From contig CM060731.1 of NCBI GenBank assembly GCA_030704615.1, positions 82,398,001 to 82,462,000 of the forward strand: a stretch of DNA of 64,000 nt, read 5' to 3'. A program made the translations under genes and the position numbers. Below are positions 37,412 to 50,717 of the stretch, one piece after another. Below the pieces are notes generated by a model. It saw nothing but the letters and a program-made list of their open reading frames with translations. It searched no databases and was not told where the DNA came from. Every line of letters starts with the position of its first letter. Position 1 is the stretch's first letter. This DNA comes from Takakia lepidozioides (lineage: Eukaryota > Plantae > Bryophyta).

Positions 37412-40400
37412 ATAAGGGTGTTGTATTATGTGTGCTAATGGGATGATTACATGTGGGGGACGTGGGGTATTTCATCCTAGAAAATGATTACTTTCCGATC
37501 ATCCCGCGATTGAGGGCACAGTACCGAAGCCCCGAATTGGCCAGACTCATGAGATGACACACCTCGCATCGGAGCCCCCCCGGGAAAGGTGTGCGGGCCA
37601 CAAGATTCACAAGCATAGAGGCATATTGAAGAGATATGGCCTTTTATCTTGGAGGACCCACGACATGTCCACCTCGGCTTCTCCTCGGATGGGGTCAACC
37701 CATTCTCTGTCCAGTCATGTAGTCATTCCACTTGGCCGGTGACCATGGTGAATTACAACATCCCTCCGTATCTTTCAATTAAAAAAAGGCATATCATGTT
37801 GGCTGCCATTGTGCCAAGTGAGTGTTCTCATTTCATGTTTATTATTGCCTTGGACTTTACATTAAACTTCTGATCTCTGACGCAATTCGGATGCAAGATT
37901 GATGAGTGACATAATCATGGAGTAAGACGTGTAATTCATTTTGTAGTATAATTTGCATATTGGTGGAGCATTGAAACAATGATGTGAATGTCTCATAGGG
38001 AAAAAACAAGTGGCAAACATGGACACGTACTTGCGACCTCTTGTTGATGAACTTAAGGAGCTAGGGAGGGGGGTCCCGGCATTGGATGCTTCACTTGACC
38101 CTATGGCCGGACAATCTTTTCAGATGAAAGGCATCTTGCTTTGGACAATGCATGATTATCCAGGTATATTATGTTCCCGATGAACAACCCGCGTACATTC
38201 ACTTGTCAATGCCGGATAATATCGATGAGGATTGGGATTGATTGAAGTAGCGGCGACAGTCTTGTGCACCGTAGTGGGGTAGATTGCATTATGGGCCATG
38301 CACATGACAACTTTTTGTCTTTGCTAATGTGGCGAGATGTGTAGTACATGACTAACTGTTTGCTCGGGGCTAAGCACCAAAGGGTACCATGCATGCTTGC
38401 ATTGTGGCGATGATCTTGATGCACATAGCTCCCGCCATCTTCACAAGATGGTGCAAATTTCTTCCTATGAGCCATCGATGGAGAAAAAGAGATAAACGCT
38501 TGTTTGATGGCAAAGAGGAAGTACCCCCCCCCCCCCCCCCCCTCCCCCTTTATGACACCATCCGAGCAGTTTTGGGAGGACCGATGGAAGGAGGCCCATG
38601 CGGGCACGGACGGTGAAGTGGATGTGCCCGACATGAAGCGACTTTCAATCTTCTACGAGTTGCCATATTGGGCGGTACATATTCCACAAAAACACCGTCA
38701 ATATCCCTATGCATGCATGTGATATTGCACATTTGGTATGCGTTGCATTGTCACTTTCACGTCAAAAAATTTGTATAAACATTGTGGGTGGGGATATATG
38801 TAGGACCCAAAGATTCGCCATCTTCTAGATCCCATGCACATTGAGAAGAATGTCTGCTCGTCTCTTTTTTGGGTTTTTCATGGCACGCCGGCAAAGAAGG
38901 GAGTGGCTGCAAAAGGAGATTCTCTCGGTGTTAGAAAGGAGCTTGAGGAGCAGGGTCGCATGCGCCATCTATGGGCCGAACAAAATGGTGTGGACCCAAA
39001 GGGTGTTGTACGGTGGAAGTATAGGCGCGCACCTTGGCAATGGACAAAAGAGGAATACAAGAAAGTGATAGCCACCATAAGTGTTGTCCGAACACCAATT
39101 GGTTATGGGTCATCTCTCCGTACAAAGTTCAGCGAAGAAGACGGGGTCCATGGTTTGAAGTCTCATGACTATCACAATCTATTGCAAGACATCTTGCCAT
39201 TCCAGTACGTGGGACATTGACTTCCGAGGTTCATGAGACAATCTATAGATTGGGAGGCTTGTTTCGGTGGATTTGCTCCAAAAAAATTGGAGGAAGCGGA
39301 TTTTCCACGCATGAAGAAGGAGGTGGCGGAGGTAATGTGTATGTTGGAGATGCACCTTCCTCCCTCCTTCTTTGACATCCAAGTGCACTTGATAGTGCAC
39401 CTAGTGGATGAGGCTTCGATTGCCGGCCTCGTTCATTCTCGGTGGATGTACTTCCTTGAGCATTATATGAAGACTTTGAAAGCATTTGTAAGACAAATGG
39501 CGCACCCGGAGGGTAGCATGGCGGAGAGGTATACGTTGCAAGAAGCTATGGTCTATTGCACGGAGTACATGACAAGAGTGGATGAGGAAGCCCCTCGGAT
39601 TTGGAACGAAGAGGAGGATGCACGAACCAATGACATCGTTTTGCCCAAAAAATCGAGGAGGGTAAAATTGCCGACCTTGGTGATTGAGCAAACGCATGAC
39701 TTCATACTGAAGAACACCCCATCCATATATGAGTGGGAGCCAAGATACAATAACCTTGTTCAGCAATGAGAGGAGGAGACACTTGCATGGAGGCGGAACC
39801 ATCCAAGGCCGGTTACTAGTCGCCCACAACGAAGAGCGGGCCGCCGGAATGACCCTTCACAAAATTTGCCCACGGAATTGCAGCCTCTAAGTTCATTCCA
39901 ACAGTGGCTTCGGACTTCAGTTTATGACGCCGTTGCTCAAGGAGAGGTGGTTTCAGATTTGGTGCAAGACATTGCAAGGGGCCCCTCTCAATTCGCGACC
40001 TCATACACGGCAGTTTGGGTTCACGGTCGTCATTTCCGCATTCGTTCTCTTGACATGAAGTGCAAAACAACCTTTGATTCTGGCTTGTGTGCCACATATT
40101 GGCAAGACTCCGTGTGGGGCAAGGGAGATACACGACCTGCTATGAGCAAACTTGAGTACATTGGAGAGCTTGAGAGCATACTCCAACTTCAGTATACAAA
40201 GTACCGACGTCTTCTCTTCAAGGAAAGGTGGTTCCAGTCACATCTTGTGGGGCCCTCCGCAACACTAATGCAAGATGATTGTGGTTTCATGCGCGTCAAT
40301 GCAGATAGGCTCAACCCAACTCCTCGTCCCTCCGATGAGCCTTTTTCACGGCCTTCAGACATGGAGCAAGTTTTCTTCTCCGATGACAAAACAAGAGGGG

Positions 40401-41749
40401 GGAATTGGAAGGTGGTTGTGTATGCTCAGCCAAGAAGAAGACGTATCTATCATGGTCTCGGATCTCCATGGGGTGAGGCAATTGCGGTGGACGGAGAGAC
40501 TGGTCATAATGATGCTGATGATGGAGGTTGGATAGAGGGGGTAGAAGAGGATGATGACGCCCCGGAGAATGCATCCCAGACCCTATATGATGAAGCTCCA
40601 GAAGATACGGATATTGGAGGAGACGAAAACACGGCCATTGACAACGAGGTGGAGGATGATTTGAAGGTGCCTTTTGAGGGCCGGACCATTTATGACGATG
40701 ACTCTGATGACCAAGAAGACTTGCAGCTTGATGAGGATGAAGAAGCTCCGGATGATGATGTTCAAGTTGATATGACATGAAATCAAAGCTACATAACAAT
40801 TCTCGCACCGAACTGTACTCATCCCTTCGATTGATTGTACAGGTACATGCATATTGTAGCTTATTTCTATGATTGATCAAAGATGGCTGTGGCTGGTAGT
40901 CTTTCAATAAAGAAGGCAGATGCATTGAATATGTTGGAGCAACACATACAGATGTGGTATCAAGATAATTATCAAAATGAATGTCACAATCTACAAGAAG
41001 GTCCACAACAACAAGCTAAACCATAAAGAAAAACAAACACCCTACCCCAGTACCATATGAAAAAAAAACCAAAAAACAAAAAAACTAAGAACCCTCAAAG
41101 GCCCTAAACCTAAACCTAGAAAGCCTGGCCGTCGATGCCTGCGACCCCCACGCGTCGCACGCTGCGACGCATTTTTAGCATATATGCGGCCGGGGGTCGC
41201 AAACAGCGATGGCACGCCGTCACAGGATGCGTCCTGTTTCTTTTTTGAAAGAATTGGGCAGCCCCTGTTTGCGACGCCCGGCCGTCGCTAATGCGTTTTG
41301 CCATTCATGCGACGGCCTGGCGTCGCCAACAAGTGCTGCGATGAAAGAAAGGGCAAGAAAGGGCTGCCTTTTTTGCGTTGGCGACGGCCGGCCGTTGCCA
41401 GAAAGGGCTGCCTTCTACCCTTCGCTTGGGGGCGACGAGTAGGTGTCGCACGGAAGGGCTGCCTCCTGCCCTTCATCCGCCCGTGCGACGGCCGGGCGTC
41501 GCCGCATGGCCCCGGCGCCAGGTGGCGACCCGCAGTGTCTATTTGCGACGGCCGGGCGTCGCAAAAAGGCGCCGCGGGGTTGGCATTGCACGCTCGGTGC
41601 CGTGTGAGGCATGGGGGCGCGGCTAGCGTCGCAAACCCACCCTCCCCCCCCCCCCCCCCCCCCCCCCCCATTTTGCTGTAGTGCCCCCGCACATTGGCCG
41701 GTCGCCTTGTAAATTGTAGTACCTTTTTTGGGGCCGAGAACCTTCCTAG

Positions 41750-43930
41750 AGCCTCTTTGTAGGTGTAACCTAATCTGCTAGCTCAGATTGCAGTGCTATC
41801 TTTTCGTCCCTTGTAGGTTCAGAAGGCAGACTTGAGGAGGTCAGGGGCTTCTGTGAGCTATTCTCTGCTGGTGCCATAGCTGTTGTTTCATGAAGGTGTT
41901 GCTCCTGCTTGTCCCCATTTTTTCAGCGAGAGACATCGCGAATTAGACAACAAGCAATTGCTGCTAGAAATAATCAATAAAACATAACAAGGCTCCTATC
42001 ATGTACAAGCATTATATAATATGCATCTTCTATAGTACTAGATACCCTCATGGACTTCGAGGTCCTCGAGGGTCAACATATCATCCTAAGACCATCATCA
42101 TCACCCCGATCACTCTCGCCCTCATCCTCACGTCGCCTTCATCCTCATCCTCACTAGTCTGGCCCTCATCCTCGACATCGGTCACCCTATGGTCAGTAGT
42201 GCTACTAGTAATACTTCGCTTTTTTGTACTCTTCGCGGAGAGGGCCCTATGGGTCTTGATGCGCTCAAGAAGCGCGGGGTATCCTTCATTCTTGACAAAT
42301 TCTACCTCCTCCATGCTTGGGTGTCTCCCAAACCTACGATGCTACACATTCACAAACAACCTTAATTAGTTTATGCAAGATATACCAAAGAGATAGCCAT
42401 ATGTAGACAAAGCAACACGTTAAAGTGAATGCATCCATGAAATGCTTACAAATCGGGTCGCGAATGACTTGTGCCCTCCCGGACCAAACCTGTGGGTGCA
42501 GGTATCTAGCCCTTTCTCTTTGCGTAACGTGGCCGCCTCACGACCCCTAGCAAATTGAGCCTTCTTCTTGGCATCAACCTCCTCGGCCATGAGAATGTCC
42601 CATGACTCCTAAACAACCAACCACCACATTAGCTTTACTTCTTCAAATTGAAGAAAACATGCATCATTAACATCTTGCACATGTCCAAAATACAATGAAT
42701 GAAATAGGAAGGAAGGTGTGGAGTTCATACCTCACTAATATTTGATGGCCTAATGGCTTTGACACCGTTCTTCACTGCTTGCCGGATCTCCTTCCTTGCA
42801 CGATATCGCCTCCGATCAACCCCATCAAGCGGGACTCACTCCAACCACCCCCAAACTTCTTCTCCAATTCGGCTACAAATCCCCTACGGTGCTCCCATGG
42901 TTGTTGATCCCACTCTACAGGCAAAGAGAACCATCGGGCCGCTTTTGGAAAGGCATGCCTCCTCAACGCTTCCCAAAACTCTACAACTGGATACCTATAC
43001 TTGTTGGCCTCTAGAGGTGGGACCTTCTTAGGCACCTCCAGCCCTCCCTTCTTTCCGCGCTTACGAGGCTATCCTTCTACTGAACCCTCTCCAATATCTC
43101 CCTTCCCACTACCCTCCCCCAACTCTCCGACTGTGAGAGGGGTGTCCTCAATGCAAGGCTTCTTCTTCATCTTGCTAAGAGGCTTTTCCACTATCCCACA
43201 ACAGCCTCAACTTCCATCTCTCTCTCTCTACGTCTCTCTCCGGCTCCCTCGGCAATGACCAGAGGTCTCTCAAGGACGTGGCACCGGGTCCACAAATGGA
43301 GCCTGCGATTACAATGGGTTTTGTGAGGCCCTTGGCCAATCTCTGCAAGTCATGTACACAAACCAAATAAAAACAACAAAAACAAAAAGAATGCAGTAGG
43401 CAATACAACAAAATGGCGAGAGAGATACTGGCCTCATGATGCTCCGAGGCGATGGTATCCCTGGGCCTGAGCTCGGGCATCTCAGGCACCTCGAGTTCAG
43501 GTGCCAAAAGTTGTCCCATTGATGGCAATGGAACCCCCATTGCCGCCAAAGATGCTATGAGTTGTGCTTGCTCTTCAGGAGAGGCTTGACCCCAACTGCC
43601 ACTAGCTAGAGTCACAGCAGCGAGCTGGCCAAATGCGAGGCCCTTCCTGGCCGAGGACTGGCCACCAATGGAGGTATCATGGACATGAGCGGGAGAGGCG
43701 CCTTTGGTACCATGAGATGCATCATGCCATGAAGAACTCCCCAATCTTTCAACAGGAGCATCATTTGGGCCAAGTGGCCTAGCTAACTCCCCACGTATGG
43801 GACCCCTCTCCACCCTCTCTCTCTCTTGTGCATTGATCAGCAAATCCTGTTGACATGTCATAACCCTCCTAACCTCGGTGGTTGGCCCGCGGGAGCAATG
43901 TCCAATTGGCCCATCCTAGGACCATCTTGA
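41750..43930 (-). pseudogene. CACTA second-ORF (TnpA / Transposase_24-like) fragments
   Basis: Spliced-looking exons: FWEALRRHAFPKAARWFSLPVEWDQQPW; ESWDILMAEEVDAKKKAQFARGREAA...THRFGPGGHKSF (like the HxxGxGGY motif of En/Spm ORF2); PSMEEVEFVKNEGY. Confidence 0.55.
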
Positions 43931-44002
43931 AAAATCTTTATATTACCCGTATACAATGCTTCTAACGAAAGAGAGAGGGTAGCGCTAGATACTGTAGGCC
44001 CA

Positions 44003-44509
44003 ATGGTGGACTCATCAATAGTACCAGTCTTCCTGGATGTTTACAGGGACGATCCTCGACTTGTCCAGCTAAGAGCAATGGAGTTTCTTCCAGGATTGCA
44101 CGATTCTCCTGGACCCCGGCTGGGGAGCAGGTGGTTCCTACGCATCATGGACCTAGACTTTCCGCATGTGTGGGAGCCGAACAGATCACGCACAGCGTTG
44201 CTGTATCGCTGGAATTGTTGCGAGTGGACGTATGATGAGTGCATAGGTGAAAACTTTACGCGTGGACGGACTGGCTCGGAAAGTGGGGACATTCTCTTCA
44301 GTTATGAGGATGAGGAGGAGGGGAACACAGGGCCCACTGTGAAAATGTCCTTCCACCAAGGGGGTGCTATCGATAAACACGACATCCTCGTTAGTTTCAA
44401 CCGGGCGACAGAAACCACTGACATTTTGTTCAAATATAGGCACCCGGTCACTGAGGAGGTCCTTGAGAGGCCAGTTAGAGTTCCTTCTTCTTGGGCGAGG
44501 GGACCATAG
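44003..44509 (+). CDS. Orphan 168-aa ORF of unknown function, convergent with the MULE transposase
   Basis: Uninterrupted ATG-to-TAG ORF with globular-looking composition. No motif recognised. Confidence 0.4.
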   Translation: MVDSSIVPVFLDVYRDDPRLVQLRAMEFLPGLHDSPGPRLGSRWFLRIMDLDFPHVWEPNRSRTALLYRWNCCEWTYDECIGENFTRGRTGSESGDILFSYEDEEEGNTGPTVKMSFHQGGAIDKHDILVSFNRATETTDILFKYRHPVTEEVLERPVRVPSSWARGP

Positions 44510-45192
44510 GTCTTGCATGCTAGAGTAGACATGTTTCGACTCGCTGACACTCATGGCACATACATTTTCATTCAGAAATCAAGCAGCTTCCCTGTGCCAT
44601 ATGGGGAATATACATGCTTGGATAATCTTCTGTTAAGGTTTTTTGCAATTCACTGCCAGTATGCTGGGACGTGTCCTTTGTCGTATGGATTGCTGTTTGC
44701 ACAAGGTGCAGTATGCAAATGCTGGAATGTGCAGTAGGACCCTTCCCACTGGGACACAAAACTAGCAATCTTGTAAAGGCATCACATTTGCAGAACAGTA
44801 ACAATGTATTTGTAGCAAATTGGAGACTTCTCATAAAGGTGGACGAAAACGCCAGGATGGGCTGCGAAATCACTACAAATTGAATGAAGAGCAGTAACAA
44901 GGAAGCACTATGCAGTACACAGACCATAAACGGCGCTGAAATAGGCCTCAATGCCCGTTAATCTCCACACAATGTATGCTTTACTCGGATCCATTTGTAG
45001 ACAACCAAAATAAAAAAAGCATGTGCATGCCATTCATGGCCAAAAACCACATTCTCATGTATTGCGGCACCGAAATTCACCTGTAGCCATGGCGATGCGG
45101 CACCACCAAGTGTATAATTCCTCACAAAAAAATAGGGTGCAAGAAGATGAATGTAATATAATTGTCACTTTCTCCTTCCCGAATGTGGAATG

Positions 45193-48100
45193 TCAAGCAG
45201 TCCGACCAGTATCCTGCCGTAGGGCCTTGTGCAGCTCGTTGAAACTCAGTGTTGGAGCATGGATGAAGACGTCCACTGCGGATATGCAACTCATGCGCTT
45301 CAGAAAAATGTAATAAAGGTGTTTGCAGGGGACGTATGCTGCATTCTTCGATTCCATAACAAGGAAGTCCTCACAGTTGCAAATTGGGTACTGTGAAACC
45401 GTGATTGCATACACGACACTGCGCGCAGCAGACCCGGCTGTTGACAACTGAAATATGCGCCCCATCCCGGGGTGAGGAACATCCCTGCAACCTTGCACTA
45501 TGCAGGGCATTGCAAGAGCGTTGGCCATCCTGGTGTCGTTCGCCTTTGTTGGTGGCCGCCGTCTTTTCAGTTTCCCCCACCGATGGGTGGGCCAAGCTGC
45601 GGGGTCACCCACCAATATGCGGGGCGAAGAGCTTCTCGTGGGAGGAGGATGACGACTGGGAATTGGATTTCGTGGGAACGTCTGTCCTCTCCACCAGTCG
45701 AAACCCTGCACTTCCTAGAGCGTCTGCCTCCTCCAGGGTAAGATATGTACCAGTTGCCATAGGCCAGACTGCCGGTGGTTCAGGCATGCCTTGTACACCA
45801 TACTTGGGCTTGCCGAACACACACGACATGATGTCGTGCCTGCAGAACCAAAACTCCTTCAGTGTGGCCTCCACAAACTTTGCGCACACAAATCTCCCTG
45901 TGAAGCAAGGGGCAGGCACACCGCCCTACGGGCTCCTCCGAATCATCTCATTGCATCTCTGGTTGGTGTCGACACAAACAACATAACATTTGCCACGAAA
46001 TGTAGGACGGGTCCGTGCAATTCTCCACTGCGAGGCCGACACATCTCGCTCCACGATTGGAATGCTGTATTGGGTAACGAAAACAGGAGCAACATGCTCA
46101 TCCTCGGCATGTTGTCTCGAGTCTGGCAGCGATTCCATGGATGCTGCAGGAGAGGGGGTACGAGTCCTGCTTCGTGGAGGCGTGGGACGCAACATCGTTG
46201 TGCCCCGAGGTTGAGTGCGGATGTTCATATCTGATCTCCATGAATCCCCGTCCCCTCCGGGCATGTCCTCAATTCTTCTCTTCACCGGCCGGCTACGGAC
46301 ATCGCCCTCCAGGCAGTTCCCCCGACTGTGTAACGACGTTGACCTTATTGTTTCCCGCAATGCAGCAGTCTATTTTTTGGGATCGGTCGAACGATGCGCT
46401 GCCCTCATCAACATCTCCTGCCTGTCTGGTCCGATACCCCATTGCTTTCCTCCCAGAAACTGGTAGTAACGAGATTGTTGCATGATGGCCCTCACAATAT
46501 CTTCTGTTGTTGCTGTCAATATGTCAACGAGATGTGCCGCAGAGGAAGCACGCCAGGAAGAGTGCACCGATTCGGCCATGTTCGTCGTCGGCATATCCGT
46601 GTCATCCTCCAAGCTCATGTCCTGTTGAAGGAAATTAGAAATGTCACTGATTGTGGAGAATGTCCAAGCACAAAACAGAACAATTGTCAAGTACAGAAAT
46701 GTGTTACTTGTCTCATGTAGTCTCCAAACTGGCGGAATCTATAGTGCCACCACGCAAGCCACGTTTGCAGTTCTGGCTGATCTTTCACATCCACTGCCCC
46801 TGAAGACACCCACCAGGCTCGTAGGGTTGCAAACTCGGTCTCCGCCTCGTCGATGGAATTCGCATTTTTCCACGTTAGGCACATACTGATATGATCCTGC
46901 CGGTAGCGTGACGCCACGAACCTTTTCATTTTGCGTCAAACTCTGCATGAAGTGGAACCCGCAAGATCTCTCCTTCCCTTCCATTGGAGTCTTTGGGTCG
47001 TCCCCATATACCCTCCTAACTGCAGCCCAGTTCGCCTGGGCATTGTCAGCCATGAAGCCCCTAAAATCGGGAGGGGGCAACTTGGCTCTCGCCATTTGCT
47101 CATTAATTCCGCGCCACATATGCAACTCCGAATCTGTGTCTTCTCCCTTCATTTCGCAGATAGCAATGGTCATCAACTTTCTGCAATGTGGGTCGTATAC
47201 ATGTGCCCCCATTGTCACCCAATCGTGGTTGGTAATTCGCCGGATGTGGTCGAACATGACCCAGCAATTTGAGAGGTCTCCACTGGTCATCCGCTTCACC
47301 AAATCGACGCCGCTCCCCGGTCCGCACGTTGACATCTTAAATATGAAGCACCTGTCCGTCTCCGAGCCTTGACCAGGAAAGAAGCTGCCTTGGATGAAGT
47401 CGTAGCCGCATGTGCGCTTCACTTCCAAGATGGAGTGCATGTCTGATCCTCTTCCGATTCGTTTCTTGCAGCCGACAATGTGGTTCCTGACATTGGGGCT
47501 GCACACATGGGAGACAGCTTCCAGCAGGTCCTTCATGTCCCCCTCGCCCAGCTTCTCTCTTGTGCTTCCGTCCTCCGACATTATTCTGCCAATTGCAATC
47601 CTATGTACCGATGCGAGCTGTATCTGCTTTGGTTTTGCACCCGGCCTCAACCTCACCTCCTCCTTGATAATATCCTGGGCTTGTTGAAAAGCGACTCTGC
47701 AATTGCCTCTGGCGAGGGGGTGCTCATGCTTTCCGATGTGAATGCATGCTCTGGTGCACGCTGGGCCGACGGTCCCGACGTAGTACTGCTTGGCATTGCA
47801 CACTGCCATGCACGTAGGGGCTGCGTTGCAATGGGCACACTTGAACGTCCCTGCAGGAACTCTACCTTGAGGCCAAAACGGGGTCGACGAATTGCCAATC
47901 CAGTTAGTCTCATTCCTGGTGCCTTTGCTAGTGTAATGGTAACATGTGCTCGAGAAACATTTAAGATGCCCAACACACAATACATATCTCACTCGAACTC
48001 CATCACCCGGTTGGACGATGAAGTTTTGGTGACACACCAAGGGTGGCCGTCATGTTTCCTGTTCATTTCTGCGAGCATGCCGTCTGGGTCTGCGCCTGCC

Positions 48101-48789
48101 GACACTGGAGGGAACTCGTAGATAACATTCCCATCCACAACATCAGGCAAAGTTTCCACAGAATGGATTGGAGTTTTGTCGTAATCAAGCCTAAGAAGGT
48201 CACTGGAGCGGGAACCCGTTGTCTTCATCCTCCGCAATATGTCGATTACTGAGCGGACGAAAGTTGAGTCGAACGGTGTATGCTGAACACTCCTAGTGAC
48301 GGACGACTTCGAAACGTACGATGGAAGGACCATACAGTCTTCATCGTCACTGGATAAGTCGTGGACGACTGTTTCCCTGTTTTCCTGGATTTCCCTTTTC
48401 ACATGTTTGGGCTTCTCTGTTTGTGAAGAGGTGCCCACATCCTTCACATCTTGCACGCCAGACCCTCTTGTGGAAGGAGGATCAACCAAGTTCCAGCGTG
48501 GGAACTCTTTAGGCACGATTTCACCAATGGCACTGTACCGGATGGATTCAGAAGCTGGGAGCCGCCACTCTTTGCCTTTTTCGAAATCTGCATGTAGAAT
48601 GACGGCACTTTCCAGAAAATTTCCATAAGTATCCTTCGTCTCCTCTTCCAAAAACACCGTTCCAGGGCGGAGCCCGAACTTCACACACAAGTACTGCTCA
48701 GTGACAATCGCAAATCCTTGGTCGCAGGGTATTTTAGCTTTCAGAGAATCAGGATGGAAGTACACGTTTACCCAAACACGGGAGTCCAT
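45193..48789 (-). pseudogene. MULE-type DDE transposase with N-terminal GCM-like Zn domain and C-terminal SWIM finger
   Basis: GCM/WRKY-like: KHDGHPW...CVGHLKC...CAHC...C...HIGKHEHP. Catalytic core: VMFDH, FMADNAQANW, CGFHF (CxxH), TTNMAESVH. SWIM: CNCEDF...VPCKH. Frameshifts at ~48010, ~46930 and ~45610; stops at 46370 and 45926; intron at ~46628-46707. Confidence 0.85.
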
Positions 48790-48979
48790 TTTGAAGGCGA
48801 GACCTCTCGGTACGCTCCGCAGCGAAGTCCTGCAATGAGAAGAGTGTGTCCTACCTAATAACACAAATGATTTTCTGGAGGATTCCGTATCCAACAGGAT
48901 GGGTGATCAGTGCACGTAAAGATGAAGGTGTATAACGTACGTTACAAAAACAGACGACAATAGCAAGTTCACATCGGAT

Positions 48980-50717
48980 ATTTGGTGCCTGAATTGTAAT
49001 GTACAACCACTTGGGCTACAATAAATCAGGCCTTCCCATGAATTTCGGCACCGAAATCTGGATGAACATCTCTGTCATGTAACAGCTTTGGAAGCCAGGG
49101 GATGAATTCCGGCAACAGAAATCGTAATTTGTTCACCTCATGAAACTGACCAAGCACCCAACGGATGGATTTCGGTGCCGAAATTCGGATGAACATCTTC
49201 TTCATTAAATTGTTTCTGCACATAAGGGTTGAATTTGGATGCCAAAATACGGATGAATGTGTTCCTGATTACAGTCGTGATTCACCACGTGTCCGGATAT
49301 CGGTACCGACATCCGAATGACAGTAATCCTGAATCGGCAGAATGGATGTATTTCGGCGCCGAAATTCATTCTTCATCTCCTTTTCCGACCCTAATTCTGC
49401 TGCCTTGCGGATGGATTTCGGTGGCGAAATTCATCTGAAGTCCTTTTTGTTTTTTTTTTTCTTTGCGACAGATGAACTTCGGCGCCGAATCTCATCCAAG
49501 TACTCCCTTCTAATTTTCCTTTTTCTTCGCGAGCAATGAATTTCGGCGCCGAAATTCATCCGAAGTCCTCCCGAATTTATTTTTTTTCCTTCGCGAGCAA
49601 TGAATTTCGGCGCCGAAATTCATCTGAAGTCCTCCCGAATTTTTTTTTTCTTCGCGAGCAATGAATTTTGGCGCCGAAATTCATCTGAAGTCCTCCCGAA
49701 TTTTTTTTTTTCTTCGCGAGGATTGAATTTCGGCGCCAAAATTCATCCGAAGTCCTCCCAATTTTTATTTTTTTTCTTCGCGAGCAATGAATTTCGGCCC
49801 CTAAATTCAACCGACTTCATCCCTCCAAATTCTTTTCAGGGTTTGAGAGCCGGATTTCGGCGCCGAAATTCATCCTTACTATCCGCAATGAGTAACTGTA
49901 ATATTACATTTTCTATGCGACGGATGAATTTCGGCGCCGAAATTCGTCCAAACCCGACACTTACTTTTCGCTTCTGGATGATATAATTTTCCGTAAATCG
50001 TTGGAAATACCCCGTTCCGACGAAGATAACAGGAATATTCTGCATTTAATGGAGAAATCGGCATATTGAACCCCTTCTGTCAAAATTAATTACATTTTAG
50101 CCATTTTTTTCATTTGAAACCGACAGTATCCATTAAGTGGTCTTTTTCGCACGGGACGTTGCCGCACATAAAGTATAATTTCGGCGCCGAAATTATAGTT
50201 AAATGTCCAGAAATGGCAAGTCCAACAGGCATGGACAACATCCGTTAGGGGCAATAATGGCGGCAAAGCGTAGCATGGTGCCGATGTAGTCTTCGCTCTG
50301 GATGAATTTCGGCGCCGAAATATGGATGATTTCACCTCGTCTACGCGCGGACGGAGATATTCGTAATGAATTTCGGCGCCGAAATATGGATGAAATGTGC
50401 CCAAGTGCAGCCGTTTCCACTGTCCCGGAATTAATTCCGGCTCCGATACCCCACTGACAGGTTTGCTCATGACGGATGAGGACTTGGGAAGCGATGAATT
50501 GCGGCGCCAAAATTCGTAAGTTTGAAAGCACTTGAATAGGAAGAATTTCGGCGCCGAAATTCATCCGTCCGCTGATGAAACGTACCGACCTGACTGTTGA
50601 ATGTCATAGGCAGGGGATTTTCATGGCGGTTGGATTTCATGATGTGCGGATATTTGATTCAATGCCGGCTGCTCCGGGAACAGCATCCGGTGAACAGAAG
50701 GTATTTCGGTGCCGCAA
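48980..50717. repeat. Phased array of the palindrome (GGATGAA)TTTCGGCGCCGAAA(TTCATCC) between the divergent genes
   Basis: About 23 copies here. Perfect 14-mers start at 49351, 49541, 49605, 49855, 49929, 50179, 50307, 50371 and 50546. A recent tandem expansion of a ~63-bp unit spans ~49405-49830. Confidence 0.95.

Larger units (their letters stand above)
29584..40780 (+). pseudogene. CACTA TnpD/Tnp2 transposase (Transposase_21, DUF4218, DUF4216), multi-exon and disrupted
   Basis: LLYEGAKVSRLSTILLLLNLQ; HACPCDKTLYYGEDSRLTKCPKC; RHVHLGFSSDGVNPF...STWPV...NYNIPP; LLWTMHDYP; MHIEKNVCSSL; GLKSHDYHNLLQ; LEMHLPPSFFDIQVHLIVHL...RWMY; DEPF...EQVFF...NWKVV. Stops, frameshifts and an intronic gypsy insertion are present. 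Confidence 0.93.
26612..41683 (+). mobile_element. CACTA (EnSpm) DNA transposon 1 carrying a SET-domain gene and TnpD; left terminus probably truncated
   Basis: Right end ...CATTTTGCTGTAGTG (reverse complement CACTACAGCAAAATG) at 41683. Subterminal TGCGACG/CGTCGCA repeats at 26631-26875 and 41116-41640. A ~130-bp inverted match links ~26830-26980 with ~41020-41150. A TnpD transposase lies inside. The left end reads CACTTAGG and the 3-bp flanks do not match (AAG versus CCC). Confidence 0.88.

Noticed and set aside
43970-44000. GAGGGTAGCGCTAG as the left terminus of the large MULE
   Set aside because: Only weakly similar to the right terminus, lacks subterminal repeats, and is not preceded by the expected TSD CGGGTGGAG.
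49340-49880. CRISPR-like appearance (palindromic ~28-bp repeat every ~63 bp)
   Set aside because: Spacers in the core are near-identical poly-T-containing copies rather than unique sequences, no cas genes are present, the context is eukaryotic, and the motif recurs singly in introns.
49026-50564. Short ORFs with repeated NFGAEIH / FRRRNS peptides
   Set aside because: These are translations of the DNA palindrome on both strands, not proteins.
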